Shown here: positions 37,154 through 50,284 of the stretch, one piece after another | Layout: the number at the start of each line of letters is the position of its first letter | Numbering within the stretch: position 1 is the stretch's first letter | Assembly (NCBI GenBank): GCA_964016885.1 | Contig: OZ024741.1 | Coordinates: 372,744,001 to 372,808,000 of the forward strand | Length of the DNA: 64,000 bases | From: Eledone cirrhosa | Lineage: Eukaryota | Direction: 5' to 3' | Program-made: the position numbers and the translations under genes | The notes under the pieces: model-generated | What the model saw: only the letters and a program-made list of their open reading frames with translations | What the model was told of the DNA's origin: nothing | Databases searched by the model: none

Positions 37154-39904
37154 CTAGCAGAGGTACCCGGCGTTGCCCGGTATAACTCTCAATGGAGTAG
37201 TCATTCAAATGAACCGAAAGACTTCCGTTAAACACGACTATAGAAGTAACAATTTATAGGTGTTGGCCCTAAAGAGGGCCTTTGAACTTTCACATTGAAA
37301 TATCTCTGCGGCGGTGCTGCCAGCAAGGACATATCCGATGGTAACAATTTAAAGTTGGTGGCCCTAAAGAGAGCCTTGGATCATTCACTCTTAAAAGTCT
37401 CAGTGTCGGTGCTGCCAGCAAAGACGAATCCAGCGATAAAAATTTATAGATGGTGGCCCTGAAGAGGACCTTTTAAGGTTCACTTTGAAATATCTCAGCG
37501 GCGGTGCTGCCAGCAAAGATGAATCCGATGGTAACAATTTAAACTTGGTGGCCCTGAAGAGAGCCTTGGATCGTTCACTCTTAAAAGTCCCAGTGGCAGA
37601 GCTGTCAGCAAAGACGACTCCGATTAGAGGTGGTGGCCCTTAAGAAGTCCTTCACACCACTTTGGTGTGTCGTATTTGCTTTGCATGTTATTTGAGATTG
37701 TAACAGTCGGTGGCCACACAAACGGCCTTGGCAAGATCATGTTGGAATGTTAAAAAAATGTGTAAATAAGATGTAGGGAAAAGTAGATTAATTACGTTAA
37801 AACTACGGAACATTGATAGCAAAGCGTAATAGCAACATATAATTGCGGAAAACGGAGACATTGAACATTTATAACGTATAGCAAAAGCAACCTCAGAGGC
37901 GCACGTGGTATTGTCAAAAGGACAAAAATAGCATATGGTTACAGCAAATGTAAGCACTTATACAAAAAAAAAAACAGTGATTACAGACTATATTTTGGGT
38001 TATGTCGGCTCCCCACTTGAGAGCAGCCAACATATAGTTGACCATGGGAGAAGCACGGTTCTTCTAAATTAAGCCCTACAACCGTCAGCGTCTGACCCTG
38101 TGATTTGTTAATCAACATGGCGAAACTGAGCCGGAGAGGGAATTGCAGCCTTCTGAATGTGAAAGGAATGTCTTTACCAGATGGAATGAGAGGCATCCTT
38201 GGTATAAAGACAGTATCCCCCTTACCACATCCTGTAAGTATTGTTGCCTCATTAACATGAGGCATCGCCTTTTGGACGAACAGTCGCGTGCTGTTGGAAA
38301 GCCTTCGGGGTTCCAAATTCCTGAGGAGCATGACAGTGGCACCTTTCTTAAGTCGCAGTAAGTGTGGTAGCAATCCGGGAGAGTCTAGGGAGTTAAGAAA
38401 TCCTGTGGGGTAATTAACAACTTCGTCCGGATCAGCCATAGAGTCAAGGGACTTGTAGACATGCAGGTTTCCAGGCAAGCACAGCGTAGTTGGAGGAGGG
38501 GTCGTAGTTAAAGGCCTTCAACAACCAAGATGAATTACAAGTCCTAGAAATGCCACGTAATGATGATCACCGCTGTTCACTTTGCAGAAGTTGGTCACAT
38601 CGTTGCTCTATGGTTTCAGTATTTCGTGCAGCAGCAGTGGCAGCGGCGTCCCTGCTTCGTCGAACAGTGCGTCGTCCTTCATCATCTTGAGCACGAGCAG
38701 CGGCTGTTGCAGTGGCGTCCCTGTTTCATCGAACGGCTTATTGTCCTTCATCCTCTCGAGTGCGAGCAGCAGTCACGGCAGTATCTTTGTTCCGTCGAAG
38801 TTCACGCCGACTGTCATCCTCCTCCGCTTCTGCAAGAGCCTGATCACAGTCGCATTTACACCTTCGGTGAGACGCCTTCGCTTAGAGCTACTTACATCAT
38901 TAGATAATCGACCAATGAAAGTTCTTTTCTTGGGGGGGGGGGGGCATTGTTTTTTAGAAAATTAACCAGGGAGAACAATAAATAGTGGACAAATAACGTT
39001 TAAGTAAGAAAATCTAAACATGGATATAAATTGTGAAAAAATGTGATAAATCTATGTGGTCTGAGAAAGTGGGTGTTTTGCAAGATTTTGTGTACCAGTC
39101 AAATTTCAGATTTTAAGTTAGGAGCAACGCAGCGTACAGACTACCTGTGATAAAGGAAATTAAATAGTGTGGCTACAGTGGTAGGAATATAAGTGTCAGT
39201 ATGTTTGTTCAGTTCGAACATAGCAATAAGTAAGTACTAACCATTGAAAGGATACAGGCAAAAATGGCCGAAAAATCACAGCATGATAAACTGGAACCTT
39301 ATGACCATAAACACATTAACTAAACCTCCGTTAAGGTGACAAATGTTGAAGAAGCATGCGTTTCAGAAACATGGGGTAGCTTATGAGAGTACGCATGTAA
39401 AAAAAACTACCACTTGTCAAAAGCCAAAAAAGAAGTGGGATCCTAGGTCGGACTTGACCGATATAAATAGGAGTGATTTCGCTCAATGAACAACACTCGA
39501 GTTGTCTGATTGGTTAGATAATACAAATAAATGTGATGAAATCTACTGAACACAACTCACTGATGTGTGGTTGGCCAGAGGTCGCCATTTCGCTCTTAAT
39601 TGAGGTGCAATTAAATGGGGGTGACATTGAGGTGCAATTAAATGGGTGCAAAAACTAATCAATCATTCACACAGTTTAGGCATGAGTGTGAAATAGCACA
39701 ATCCACATACACTAGGCGTTAAAATTTACACCTGGGTTAAATCATGCGTTCTTGGTTAGGAGTGTGAAATGACGCCAAAGTTCAAGGAAAAAAATTTAAC
39801 TCCCCATTCCGCACTTAATTGTGGTGTAAATCGGTTGTAAAATGTAGAAATGCATGCGGTTACACAGATAGACAGACAGACATCTTCTGTTTTATATATA
39901 TAGA
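37154..39904 (-). mobile_element. Internally deleted Helitron with both termini (2751 bp)
   Basis: 5' A|TCTATATATATAAAA at 39904; 3' CTAG|T at 37154 preceded by hairpin 37164-37182; inserted between A and T with no TSD; RepHel remnants inside. Confidence 0.93.
37981..38947 (-). pseudogene. Helitron RepHel remnant: charged N-terminal repeat region fused to the PIF1-like helicase C-terminus
   Basis: LPHLLRLKKGATVMLLRNL...FIPRMPL...RLQFPLRLSFAMLINKSQGQTL...FSHGQLYVGCS; upstream R/A/D-rich repeats ending in AFNYDPSSNY; Rep domain absent, stops present. Confidence 0.88.
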
Positions 39905-41299
39905 TATTCAGTGTATTAATGATGTGTGTGTCTGGTAAGAGGCGGCTAACATGTTTGACACTAGAAGACGCATCTGGCTGGAAAACATTACCTAAAAATG
40001 GACTCCACGATGAGAATGAAGTCTGTCATGGAGCTAATGAGGCTAATGACTGCATTAGCAAGGAAAATTACCTCAAAATTCTAGTTGTATTCAGTGTATT
40101 AGCACAAATGATCACATCTTCGCTCTAATTTTCCTTCCGTTTCATACTCAATTCTAACAAATTAACTTCACACAAGCTTGCATTATCGGTAGAGGGTCGG
40201 ACGCCATGCTTTGACGCATAGAGTTACGGCCCTTTCCATTCTGAGTTCAAATCCCGCCGAGGTTAACTTTGCCTTTCATCCTTACGGAGTCGATAAAATA
40301 AAGTACCAGTCATGTACTGGGTAATTGCTGGCCTTGTGCCAAAAGTAGAAACAATTATAACTTCAGTTGTTAAATTTAACAAATTATATACTGTTTACTC
40401 TAGGAAATCCATAAGCTTGGTTAATCTTGCAGATCATTTGGGGATTGTTGCTTCTGATGGAACTCTCTGGAACATGTGTCTGAGTACTTTGTCCCCTGCC
40501 CCCATGACCCTCGCACAAAGAAGAAGAAGAAGAAGTAATCCATGTGGTTGATGGTGGTGATGATGATGGTGGTGGTGGTGGTGGTGATGATGATAAACAC
40601 TTTAAAATAATCAGTTTAGTATTGTAGAGCCAGTGTGTTACTGGTACTTTACTTTATCAACCCCGTAAGGATGAAATGCAAAGTTAACCTCGACGGGATT
40701 TGAACTTAGAACATAAAAGACTGTAACTATACACAGTCTTAGTTAAATTCCTGTTGAGATCAAATTTGCCTTTTATCCATTCCAGAATCACTAAAATAAA
40801 GTACCAGTTATGTACCAGGGTTTATATAATTGATTTTGCTCTTTCCAGACATTGTTGATCCTGTACCAATGCTAGAAAGAACTATTGCTTCCACTAGGAG
40901 TTATTAATTAATGTGGGATAATCTAACACTGCTAGAACAGAAATATTACTCATTCCAGGATATCACCCTTTAGCATTTAAACCAGCCATATCCAGCCAGA
41001 ATTCTCTCACCTCTTTCTGTTCAAACTGACCATAACTGGTTGCTCATATGTATGTTAAAGTATTGTTCTCAAAATAAATAATATCAAAATCTCATAGATT
41101 CAATATTATGAGAGATAATTATGTAAGATACAGTGTTTACCTTAAAAATACAATAATAAATATAGAGTAATGTAAATGCTAAAGGGTTAATACATTCTAC
41201 ATTGTACATAACAAACATTTAACTTCTTTAGTGATATATCTACAAACAGAGCATAACAAACTAGAGTTATGTAATTTGACTGAAAGTTTTTCGTTTTTT

Positions 41300-41900
41300 T
41301 CACCAGTCTTCGATGAATCAAACGAAAACTTTGCCCAAATTTCTCCATGCGTCACCAATGTTTGATTTTTTTTTTTTCTGCAATCTTTCATTCTGTAACG
41401 ATATCTAGGTCAACTTCTTTCTTTCTAAGTTCATCAACCTCTATGATCTCAATTCACACTCAACTTGATTTTCACATTCCTTTTCCACTGGCTCTGTAGA
41501 TATAAGGATTGTATTATTCCCCCATATTAAAAACTGCACCAATAAGTTTTCTCACCTATACATAACTTTAGCTGAGACACTAGTTCTCCCCCACACATGA
41601 CTACTTTCTCAATTCCAAACCCAAGCCTTACTAAGCTATTAGAGTTTCTTACCTCAAATTGTTTAATATTTTCAAGGCTATTCATCCTACAAAATAACTA
41701 CGTCACCTGCATCCTCTAGAATTTCAAAACCACTTATTCGTTGGAACTCTGCCAATTCTATGTTGACTACGATTGGCAGAAAGCATGCTTCCCTTCTGGT
41801 CCATCCTGAACAGTGAAACCAAGGATTGATACCACCTTCCTAAATATATCCTTTTACATCTGCTCTGCATTGACTTCTACACAGGCAAAAAATATTTCCA
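41300..41900 (-). mobile_element. Possible very old LINE RT remnant
   Basis: gatgcaggtgacgtagttattttg resembles YADDVVIL, with a downstream F.Y.G.IIQS-like stretch; heavily degenerate. Confidence 0.3.
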
Positions 41901-44900
41901 AAAGCAATAATCACCAACAGTGAGAAAGGAGTGGAGGACATCCACTACTGCAACATATGTATGGTTATTATTAGGAGAGTGAAAGAGGGCGGTGGATTGG
42001 AAGTATCAATAGAGCATCAGACAACATGCTTTACAGCATAGAGTTATGGCTCTTTACATTCTGAGTTCAAATCCTGTTGAGGTTAGCTTTGCCTTTCATC
42101 CTTGTGGAATCAATAGAATAAAGTACCAGTAATATACTGGGGTTGATTTAATTGACTTTCCTCTCTCCCAAAATTTGTTGACCTTTAGCCTAAATCAGAA
42201 ATGATTATCAGGAGAGTAAAGGGCAGTGGATTGGCAGTATCTTTTGAGCAGCAGACAAAATACTTTGTAGTATTTAGTTATGACTTTCTACATTGTGAGT
42301 CTAAATCCTGTTGAAGTCAACTTTGCCTTTCATCCTCCAGTTAAGTTCCAGAGTTGATATAGTTGACTTCCCTCCTTCCCCCTAATTGCTGACCTTGTGC
42401 CTATATTAGAAACAATTATTAGGAAAGAAAAGAATGTCTGTCTTTTTACTACAATAAACTTTTCTCTTCTCTTCAGATTAATTCTCTTCTCCTCTGGTTA
42501 ATTGCTGATTCTTAGTTAAAGTCTTTTCTAAGCTGAAGGCTTATCAGCCTGGTCCTTATCCCTGGCTTCTTTCACATCAAGCTACTGAGTGTACAAGACT
42601 CTCCCTGGACAGGATGCCAGTCTATCACAAGATTAACTTTTCAGCTACTGCTGGTACTTACTCTCAGCTGAGTGTACTGTAACATCATCAAATAAAGTGT
42701 TTTTGTTCAAGAACACAATGCAGAACCCTGATCAGGATTTAATTGATGACATTACGGTCCTATGTCAAATATCTTAACCATTAGGCCATGCACCTCCATT
42801 AGAGTAGTAACTACATACTTAGAAATAGGCAGCTGATTTAGCAGAGGAGTTGTAAGAGCATTGGATATTTCTTCCAGGTCTCTGCATTCTGGGTTTAAAT
42901 CCTGCTGAGGTCTATTTTGTCTTTATATCCTTTTAAGGTTAATAAAGGAAGTACCAACCCAGTGCTGGTGCAACTCTCTTGTATGTTCCACTGAATCAAA
43001 GGAGAGGGGACCAACAGGGTGTCTGTATCTGCTCAATACTACATGGGTGCCTAAAACCCTTAGTGAAGGCATGGTACATAATACTAAGTCATATTCAATG
43101 GCTGTAGTTTTTTTTGACATATCTGGGAAGGTGAAATTGCTAAGCATATAAACATTTTTTATATCTACATTTCATAAATTCAAATCTTCATATCAATTTT
43201 TAGTTATCTGTGAGTTAGTGGCTCTTGCACCAGATCTGTAAGGGTGTATGATGTATCTCAGCCAGAAGGTACTAAGACAGAACCTATTTCATGTAGTAGG
43301 ATTGAGCTACAGTAAGATTTATTTTAAACTTTAAGCAAATTTGAGTCAATTGTCAGTGTATATACACAGTATCAATTTTTACTGCAGGTCGAAAATAGAG
43401 TGTACTGTTTGCATTGCAATCAGTGCAGAGAAAAATAGCAACTGGAGACAACAAAAGAATTCCTTATGAAACAGGTAAAATCAGCTTTTCAACAATATAT
43501 ATAATTGGTGCAATAAAGAGTGAATAGATTTTAAAATGAATTATGTTAACAGAAAGAGCTGGCTATCAGAGACAATAGATATAGAACTAAATAGAGTTAT
43601 TTTTTCAGTTTACTTTTGTAAACAGATATATAATAATGTGCTTATATTTTCAGGAGACACCTTTTGACAAAACCACCAGCTTTATCTTACATTTGTTGCG
43701 AGAGAAAACATCATCATCATCATCATCATCATCGTTTAACGTCCATCTTCCACGGGTTTGGATGGGAATTTTCCCACTTGAGGCAAGATTGCTTGTCTTG
43801 CTCATATGGGACTGTCTGGCGGGTTTTCTACGGCTGGATGCCCTTCCTAACACCAACCACGTTTACAGTGTGGACTGGGAGGTTTTTACCGTGTTACCTA
43901 CACGGCCACATTACAGCGTGGACTGTGTGTTTTTTTTGTCGTGACACCTACACAACCTCATTTATTTTGGACTGGATGTTGTGGTACCAACATAACTTTA
44001 CATCGAAATGGGTGGTGTGGATGGGGTGGGGGTAGGGTTGGGACGGGGGTGTATTTTGGTTAAGAGGTGCCTACTGACTGTAGGTTTCGCTTTGTTAAAG
44101 CAGATTTTATATTTGGTATTCTACAGCACAAAGGTAGGTAGAAATGATGGGTGTATCACAACAGGTTATCATTGATTTCTAGTTTAAGCACAACGCCAGC
44201 AAATTTGTGGGAAAGGCAAAGTTGATTAAATAAACTGATATTTGACTGGTACTTTATTTCATCAGCGCAGGAAGGATGATAGCTAGAGTTGACCATGGTG
44301 GCAATGTAAAGAGCCAGAATAAACACTACAATGGTATTTTATTTGATTTTCAAGCAATTCAGACAATATTGATTTCTAATTTAGGCTCAAGACTAATAAA
44401 TCTGTGGGAAGAGCAAAGTTGATTAAATCAACCCCAGTACTTGACTTCTTTATTTATTTTATCAACCTCAGAAGGATGAACTGCAAAGTAGACTTGGCAG
44501 AATTTTAATTTAGAATGAGAAGAACCAGAACAAATACCAGAATGACAATTTATCCAATTCTCTACCAATTCTGCCAATCTATCACACTAAACATCACCAC
44601 AACAGATAAATATTGTTTCTACTTTTGGCACAAGGCCATCAATTACCCCAGTGCAATACTGGTATTTTATTTTATCGACCCTGTAAGGATGAAAGGCAAA
44701 ATTAACCTCAGCGGGATTTGAACTCAAACCATAAAGGGCTGTAATTCTATGCTGCAAAGCATGGCATCCGACCTTCTACTGATACTGCTGAATCAATAAT
44801 ATATCTAGGCAAGAATGTGATAGTAGGTACCCAAAAGTCTCAACTCTTCTTTTCACATTTTAATTTCTTGTCAACATTGTCCTAAAGGATTGTTGAAGAA

Positions 44901-45858
44901 TGTGAGTTATTATGGAATAAATTTAGTTGCCACAGAAGATTGCAATTTGAATTTAGTTGAGCAGTTTGAAAGTTGGGCTTCTATCAAAATATTGATAGAA
45001 AATAAGTAGCTTTCAGTTAACCCCAGTGCTGGTGATTTACTCAGTAAATGCTCCCAGTTCACTCTGTAAAGTGATAGGGGATAAGAAGAACAGCCAGTTG
45101 CAGAAAATCTGCCAAACAAAGAGTCAGATTGACTCTTCAGTTGTGTCAAAGATATGACAATTTTGCTATAATTGGTGTCCAAATAAAATGCACTCAATAG
45201 AGCATGGGATTGTATGCAAGTGAGTTGCAGGTCACTGGCCCCTCTGAGTACATGGGAGGGTACAGGAACGTAAATAATATACAGGCTCCTAGCCCCCACC
45301 ATGGGGTCAGTAACTCCACTTTGAGTATCAACCTGGTATACTGAGGACCCATCTAATCCTTGCTAGCAAGGAAAGTTGATGTTGAACAATAATGAGGAGG
45401 ATGTGGCTATGAAACCAATGATTATAATTTGACTAACAAGAGATCACTTCTGATATTTACATTAAGACTAATGGTTGCTTAGATAAGAAGTTATTAGATA
45501 TATACTTAAGGAAGATCATCATCATCATCATTTTTAGGTTCACTTTTGCTTGCAGACATGTGTAGTTTGAGACAATGTTTTACAGCCAAATGTCCTTCCT
45601 GATGCCAATTCTTTTAGTCGTCTTTTACAACATACATGGATACAGTGTACCTATTCTAAAAACTGGGATACACACAGAGCATTCTCATACAAAATTCGAT
45701 TTAAGAGAAGAAATTATATGGAAAGTAATTTCTAAAAACATGATAACCCTTTGTACTCAAACAATGTACCACATGATATATAAACATATAGCTCCTTGTG
45801 TTGCCAAAAATGACAGCTTTTTAACATATTTTACTGGTTCACTGATAGGTTTAAGGTA

Positions 45859-46045
45859 GAGCCTGTGGCAGTGGAGACATCTGGAATTCTTGCCCCAAAC
45901 TGTATCCTTGCTTACTCCCATTGGAGTGGAATTAGCTGCCCGCAGGAATGAGCCCTGTGAGATGGAGGGGTTGTTTAAATGTGTCTCCTTCGGGGCAATG
46001 CCTTCTGGGGAAATGCCTTCTCCATCCTGTCAGCCAGGACCATGA
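45859..46045 (+). mobile_element. CRE-like (restriction-like endonuclease) non-LTR retrotransposon 3' fragment
   Basis: EPVAVETSGILAP...LAARRNEP.E...GNAFSILSA, frameshifted. Confidence 0.65.
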
Positions 46046-46929
46046 GGCAGACTCTCTCTTAAGATATTCTGTTTATATACTATGTTCTACTTTACCAGTT
46101 GACTTGATACTATACTTAGAAAAATATTAATATATTATTTATGAAACACTGAAAGATTAACGGGCAATTATCATTATTCCAGAAGTTCTTTTGCCACGAG
46201 TTTCATAAAGATGGCCTTATTGTCCATAGTTATTTGTACCTATTTCTCATTACATGGATGCAGCATAGTTAAGAATGGTTAAGAAGTACGTCTTGCAATC
46301 ATTAGATCCTGGGTTCATGCTCACTGAGTGGCATCTTAGGCAAGTATTATTTATCAGACAGTGCCTTGGGTTGACTCATGCCATGTGAGTAAAATTGAGT
46401 GACAAAAGCTGGAAGTCTGTGGGATGGATTGTATATAAAATTCAAAACACCAGCTTTGTCACACATTGTCACGCTAAATCTCTATGAGAATTATGTTAAG
46501 TGTACACGTGCCTGTGAAATGCTTAGTCATTTACACACTAATTTCCTGAGCTCGTTGTTCCATTGATCACATAACTGGAACACTCATCATCAAAACCGAC
46601 AGAGGACCAATCCATTTCTCATCCTGCTTAAAGTAACGTAAAGCTAACATCTCTCCTCCAAATCATTCTTTCATTCTTATCTAAAAAACAGTAGTATCAT
46701 GGGAAGTTCTACAGTTGTTTTATTTGAAGTTTCATCAGATAAAGGAAATGGATGAAAGCCATCATGTTATTTATTGTAACTTACATCGTTTGCAGGATGT
46801 TTTGATTTATTTATAAAGTTTCAAAATGTTTATTTTCAATATAGAAATAAAAGAGGAAAAAAAGAAGAAAAATAACAGGAAGGGGAGGGGTGAAGGGGGA
46901 GGGGTGATTGGGCTTTGAGCCTAGGGCAA

Positions 46930-47190
46930 AAGTGCTGCGCCCCGCTGACAAGACAGCAAAAGTGTTCACCCGGATGATGGCCAGTGACACCCAGTGCTAC
47001 AGCCACCCAATCTCGCGGGGCTCCCTCCTCAGACGGGCCGCCAATGTTTCAATCTTGCAGAGGAGCTCGACAGTACGGGGTCCAAGTATGCCTGAGGTCT
47101 CGATGGCGCCCAGTGTGAAGAGGAAGTGGCCGGACAAACCCCGGTATTTGTTTATTTTACATTCTCCTGTGAGGTGAGCCATGATACCGT
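46930..47190 (-). mobile_element. CRE-like (RLE) non-LTR retrotransposon 3' fragment
   Basis: KINKYRGLSGHFLFTLGAIETSGILGPRTVELL..I..LAARLRREPREIGWL*HWVSLAIIRVN..AVLSA. Confidence 0.75.
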
Positions 47191-48320
47191 GGTTTGGGAC
47201 CGAAGTGACTATATTTCCCCATTTGTCACTCCAAGAAATGTATGAATATCACATTCTTCCACTGACTTTCCTTTTACTTTTAATACCACTCATTCCCTCA
47301 CTTTCAGTTTATTGGCTGATGGCCCTCCTGCTTCCACACTATATTGCTAGTGTGACAGTAAATAAATACGCATTACTAATTATCATATGTGTATTTTTCA
47401 TATACACATACATATGTCTTTATGCTTATTTATAACAATAGTTATATTGGTTTCAGGTGGCAAATTGGCAGGGTCATTAGAATATCATGTAGAATGCTTT
47501 GCAGCATCCATTCTGGCTTTTTATACTCAGAGTTCAAAACCTGTTGAGGTCAATTTTGCCTTTTATCCTTGCAAGGTCAATAAAATGTACCAGTCCTACA
47601 AGGGTTATTTTTTTCTTCTATATCTCTTTCTCACTTCTTTCTCTCTTTCTCTTATTTTCTGGAAGCAATTGGCTGTCTATAGCTGGAGAAGGGATGGGCT
47701 TCAATAGATTTAAAATGTCACTATATGCCACTATGTTCCATATATACAAATATTGTTTTCTTAATAAAGAATCTATTATTCTCTGTTGTCCAGCTAGCTT
47801 TTGTTGTGATATTCAAATACTTTCACTATATACCTTTTATATACTACATTTTATGCTCTATTTTTATTATAACTACAGCAAGAATGAACCTCATGAGTTT
47901 GACTGAACTTTCTTTTTCAATACACCTCCCCTGTTACGCCTACAGTGTAACACATTCACAATTTTGTTTTCTTAGACTGGACGATAAGGCAACATCCAGT
48001 GAATGTTTTACAAAGTACATGAGGCAGCAGTATTATCTATAAATGATTTATTTTAGGTGTTAGTCAACAATATACACTTTATATGAGGAAGGAAAGGGTT
48101 GAGAGTGCATACAAAGATGGGAAGAAAAATTAAAAAACAAAAACAAGAAACCAAAGATGTTACTTTGGTAATATCTATTAATTCCGGTATATTTTGGAGA
48201 GGTTCTTAATAGATCGCTTGAAAATGGGTAGTGTATCTGAAATATATAAGGATTAATAAATGTTACCACCATAACATAATTTCTGGGTTCTTCTTTTTCT
48301 TCCCTTCTTTGCTCTCAATC

Positions 48321-48600
48321 TCACCTTTCTTCTTCCTCATCCAATTTAGTTAATTGGCTCTTTGGCAACTGTTTGTTCCCAGGAGTTGGTGTGACTTGCT
48401 TAGGACAGCTTCTGTTTGGAGGCTGAGATACTTGAATGAGGATGCTAATGTCAAGATGAACTGGTTTCAATCTATCAATGGAAACCGTATCCTGTTGTCC
48501 TTCAATCAAGAGTTTAAATGACTTGTCCCCTGGATGAATCACCTTGTATGGTCCATTATAGGGTGACTGAAGAGGTTTTGTAACCTGCCTCATGGAAGTC
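48321..48600 (-). mobile_element. Gypsy LTR-retrotransposon integrase C-terminal remnant
   Basis: KPLQSPYNGPYKVIH...KSFKLLIEG..DTVSIDRLKP (GPY/F module). Confidence 0.8.
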
Positions 48601-48815
48601 CATTTTCTGTAGACCAGTTCAATAACAAGTCTAAAGTAAAGGAACGCCATCAACAGTTCATCTTTTACAAGCTCACAGGGAATGCGCAACACCTCAATAT
48701 TTACAACACCATTTACATTGGAGCAGCTTCGAAAACATACACAGTTCCCATGTTCTACAATGTTTCAAACAAACTACAACACTCTCTTATACTTCATATG
48801 TGTATTTAAATAGGT

Positions 48816-50284
48816 CTTCTTCTTGTCGTATGGCATATGCACAATGGTTAAAGAAAAAGATCGAGATTGGGGAGCCAGACCAAGACATCATTTGTAGTAT
48901 TATGGGTTGCTGTCAGGAGAACGTTTGAGGGGGCAATCCTGAACAACATGTAACACTGTCTATTCAGGGTCCCCACAGTCACATGCTGGGTTGTCTGGTC
49001 AGGGTCCTCACAGTCACATGCTGGGCTGTCTAGTCAGGGTTCCTAGTCACATGCTGGGCTGTCTAGTCAGGGTGCCTACAGTAACATGTTGAGCTGTCTA
49101 GTCAGGGTCTCCACAATCAAATGCTGAGCTGTCTAGTCAGGGTCCTCACAGTCACATGCTGAGCTGTCTAGTCAGGGTCCCTACAGTACATGCTGGGCTG
49201 TCTAGTCAGGGTGACCATAGTAACATGTTGAGCTGTCTAGTCAGGGTCCCTGCAGTCACATGCTCAGCTGTCTAGTCAGGGTGCCTACAGTAACATGTTG
49301 AGCTGTCTAGTCAGGGTCCCTGCAGTCACATGCTCAGCTGTCTAGTCAGGGTGCCTACAGTAACATGTTGAGCTGTCTAGTCAGGGTCCCTGCAGTCACA
49401 TGCTCAGCTGTCTAGTCAGGGTGCCTACAGTAACATGTTGAGCTGTCTAGTCAGGGTCCCTGCAGTCACATGCTGGGTTGTCTAGTCAGGGTCCTCACAG
49501 TCACATGCTGGGCTGTCTAGTCAGGGTGCCTACAGTAACATGCTGAGCTGTCTAGTCAGTGTCCCCACAGTACATGCTGGGTTGTCTAGTCAGGGTCCCT
49601 ACAGTCACATGCTGGGTTGTCTAGTCAGAGTCCCTACAGTACATGCTGGGCTGTCTAGTCAGGGTCCCCACAGTACATGCTGAGCTGTCCAGTCAGGGTC
49701 CCTACAGACACATGCTGGGTTGTCTAGTCAGGGTCCCTACAGTAACATGTTGAGCTGTCTAGTCAGGGTCCCTGCAGTCACATGCTCAGCTGTCTAGTCA
49801 GGGTGCCTACAGTAACATGTTGAGCTGTCTAGTCAGGGTCCCTGCAGTCACATGCTCAGCTGTCTAGTCAGGGTGCCTACAGTAACATGCTGAGCTGTCT
49901 AGTCAGTGTCCCCACAGTACATGCTGGGTTGTCTAGTCAGGGTGCCTACAGTAACATGCTGAGCTGTCTAGTCAGGGTCCCTGCAGTCACATGCTCAGCT
50001 GTCTAGTCAGGGTCCCACAGTCACATGCTCAGCTGTCTAGTCAGGGTGCCCATAGTAACATGTTGAGCTGTCTAGTCAGGGTCCCTGCAGTCACATGCTC
50101 AGCTGTCTAGTCAGGGTCCCTGCAGTCACATGCTGGGTTGTCTAGTCAGGGTCCCTACAGTCACATGCTGGGTTGTCTAGTCAGGGTCCCTATAGTCACA
50201 TGCTGGGTTGTCTAGTCAGGGTCCCTACAGTCACATGCTGGGTTGTCTAGTCAGGGTGCCAACAGTCACATGCTGGGCTGTCTT
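48816..50284 (-). mobile_element. 5'-truncated Ingi/Vingi-like LINE 3' end whose zinc-knuckle segment expanded into a 35-bp minisatellite
   Basis: DNPACDCGDPE*TVLHVVQDCP (CxCx8Hx4C); terminus CCATACGACAAGAAGAAG; degenerate TSD TTTAAATAGGT (48805-15) / TTTGACTAGGT (50285-95). Confidence 0.75.
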
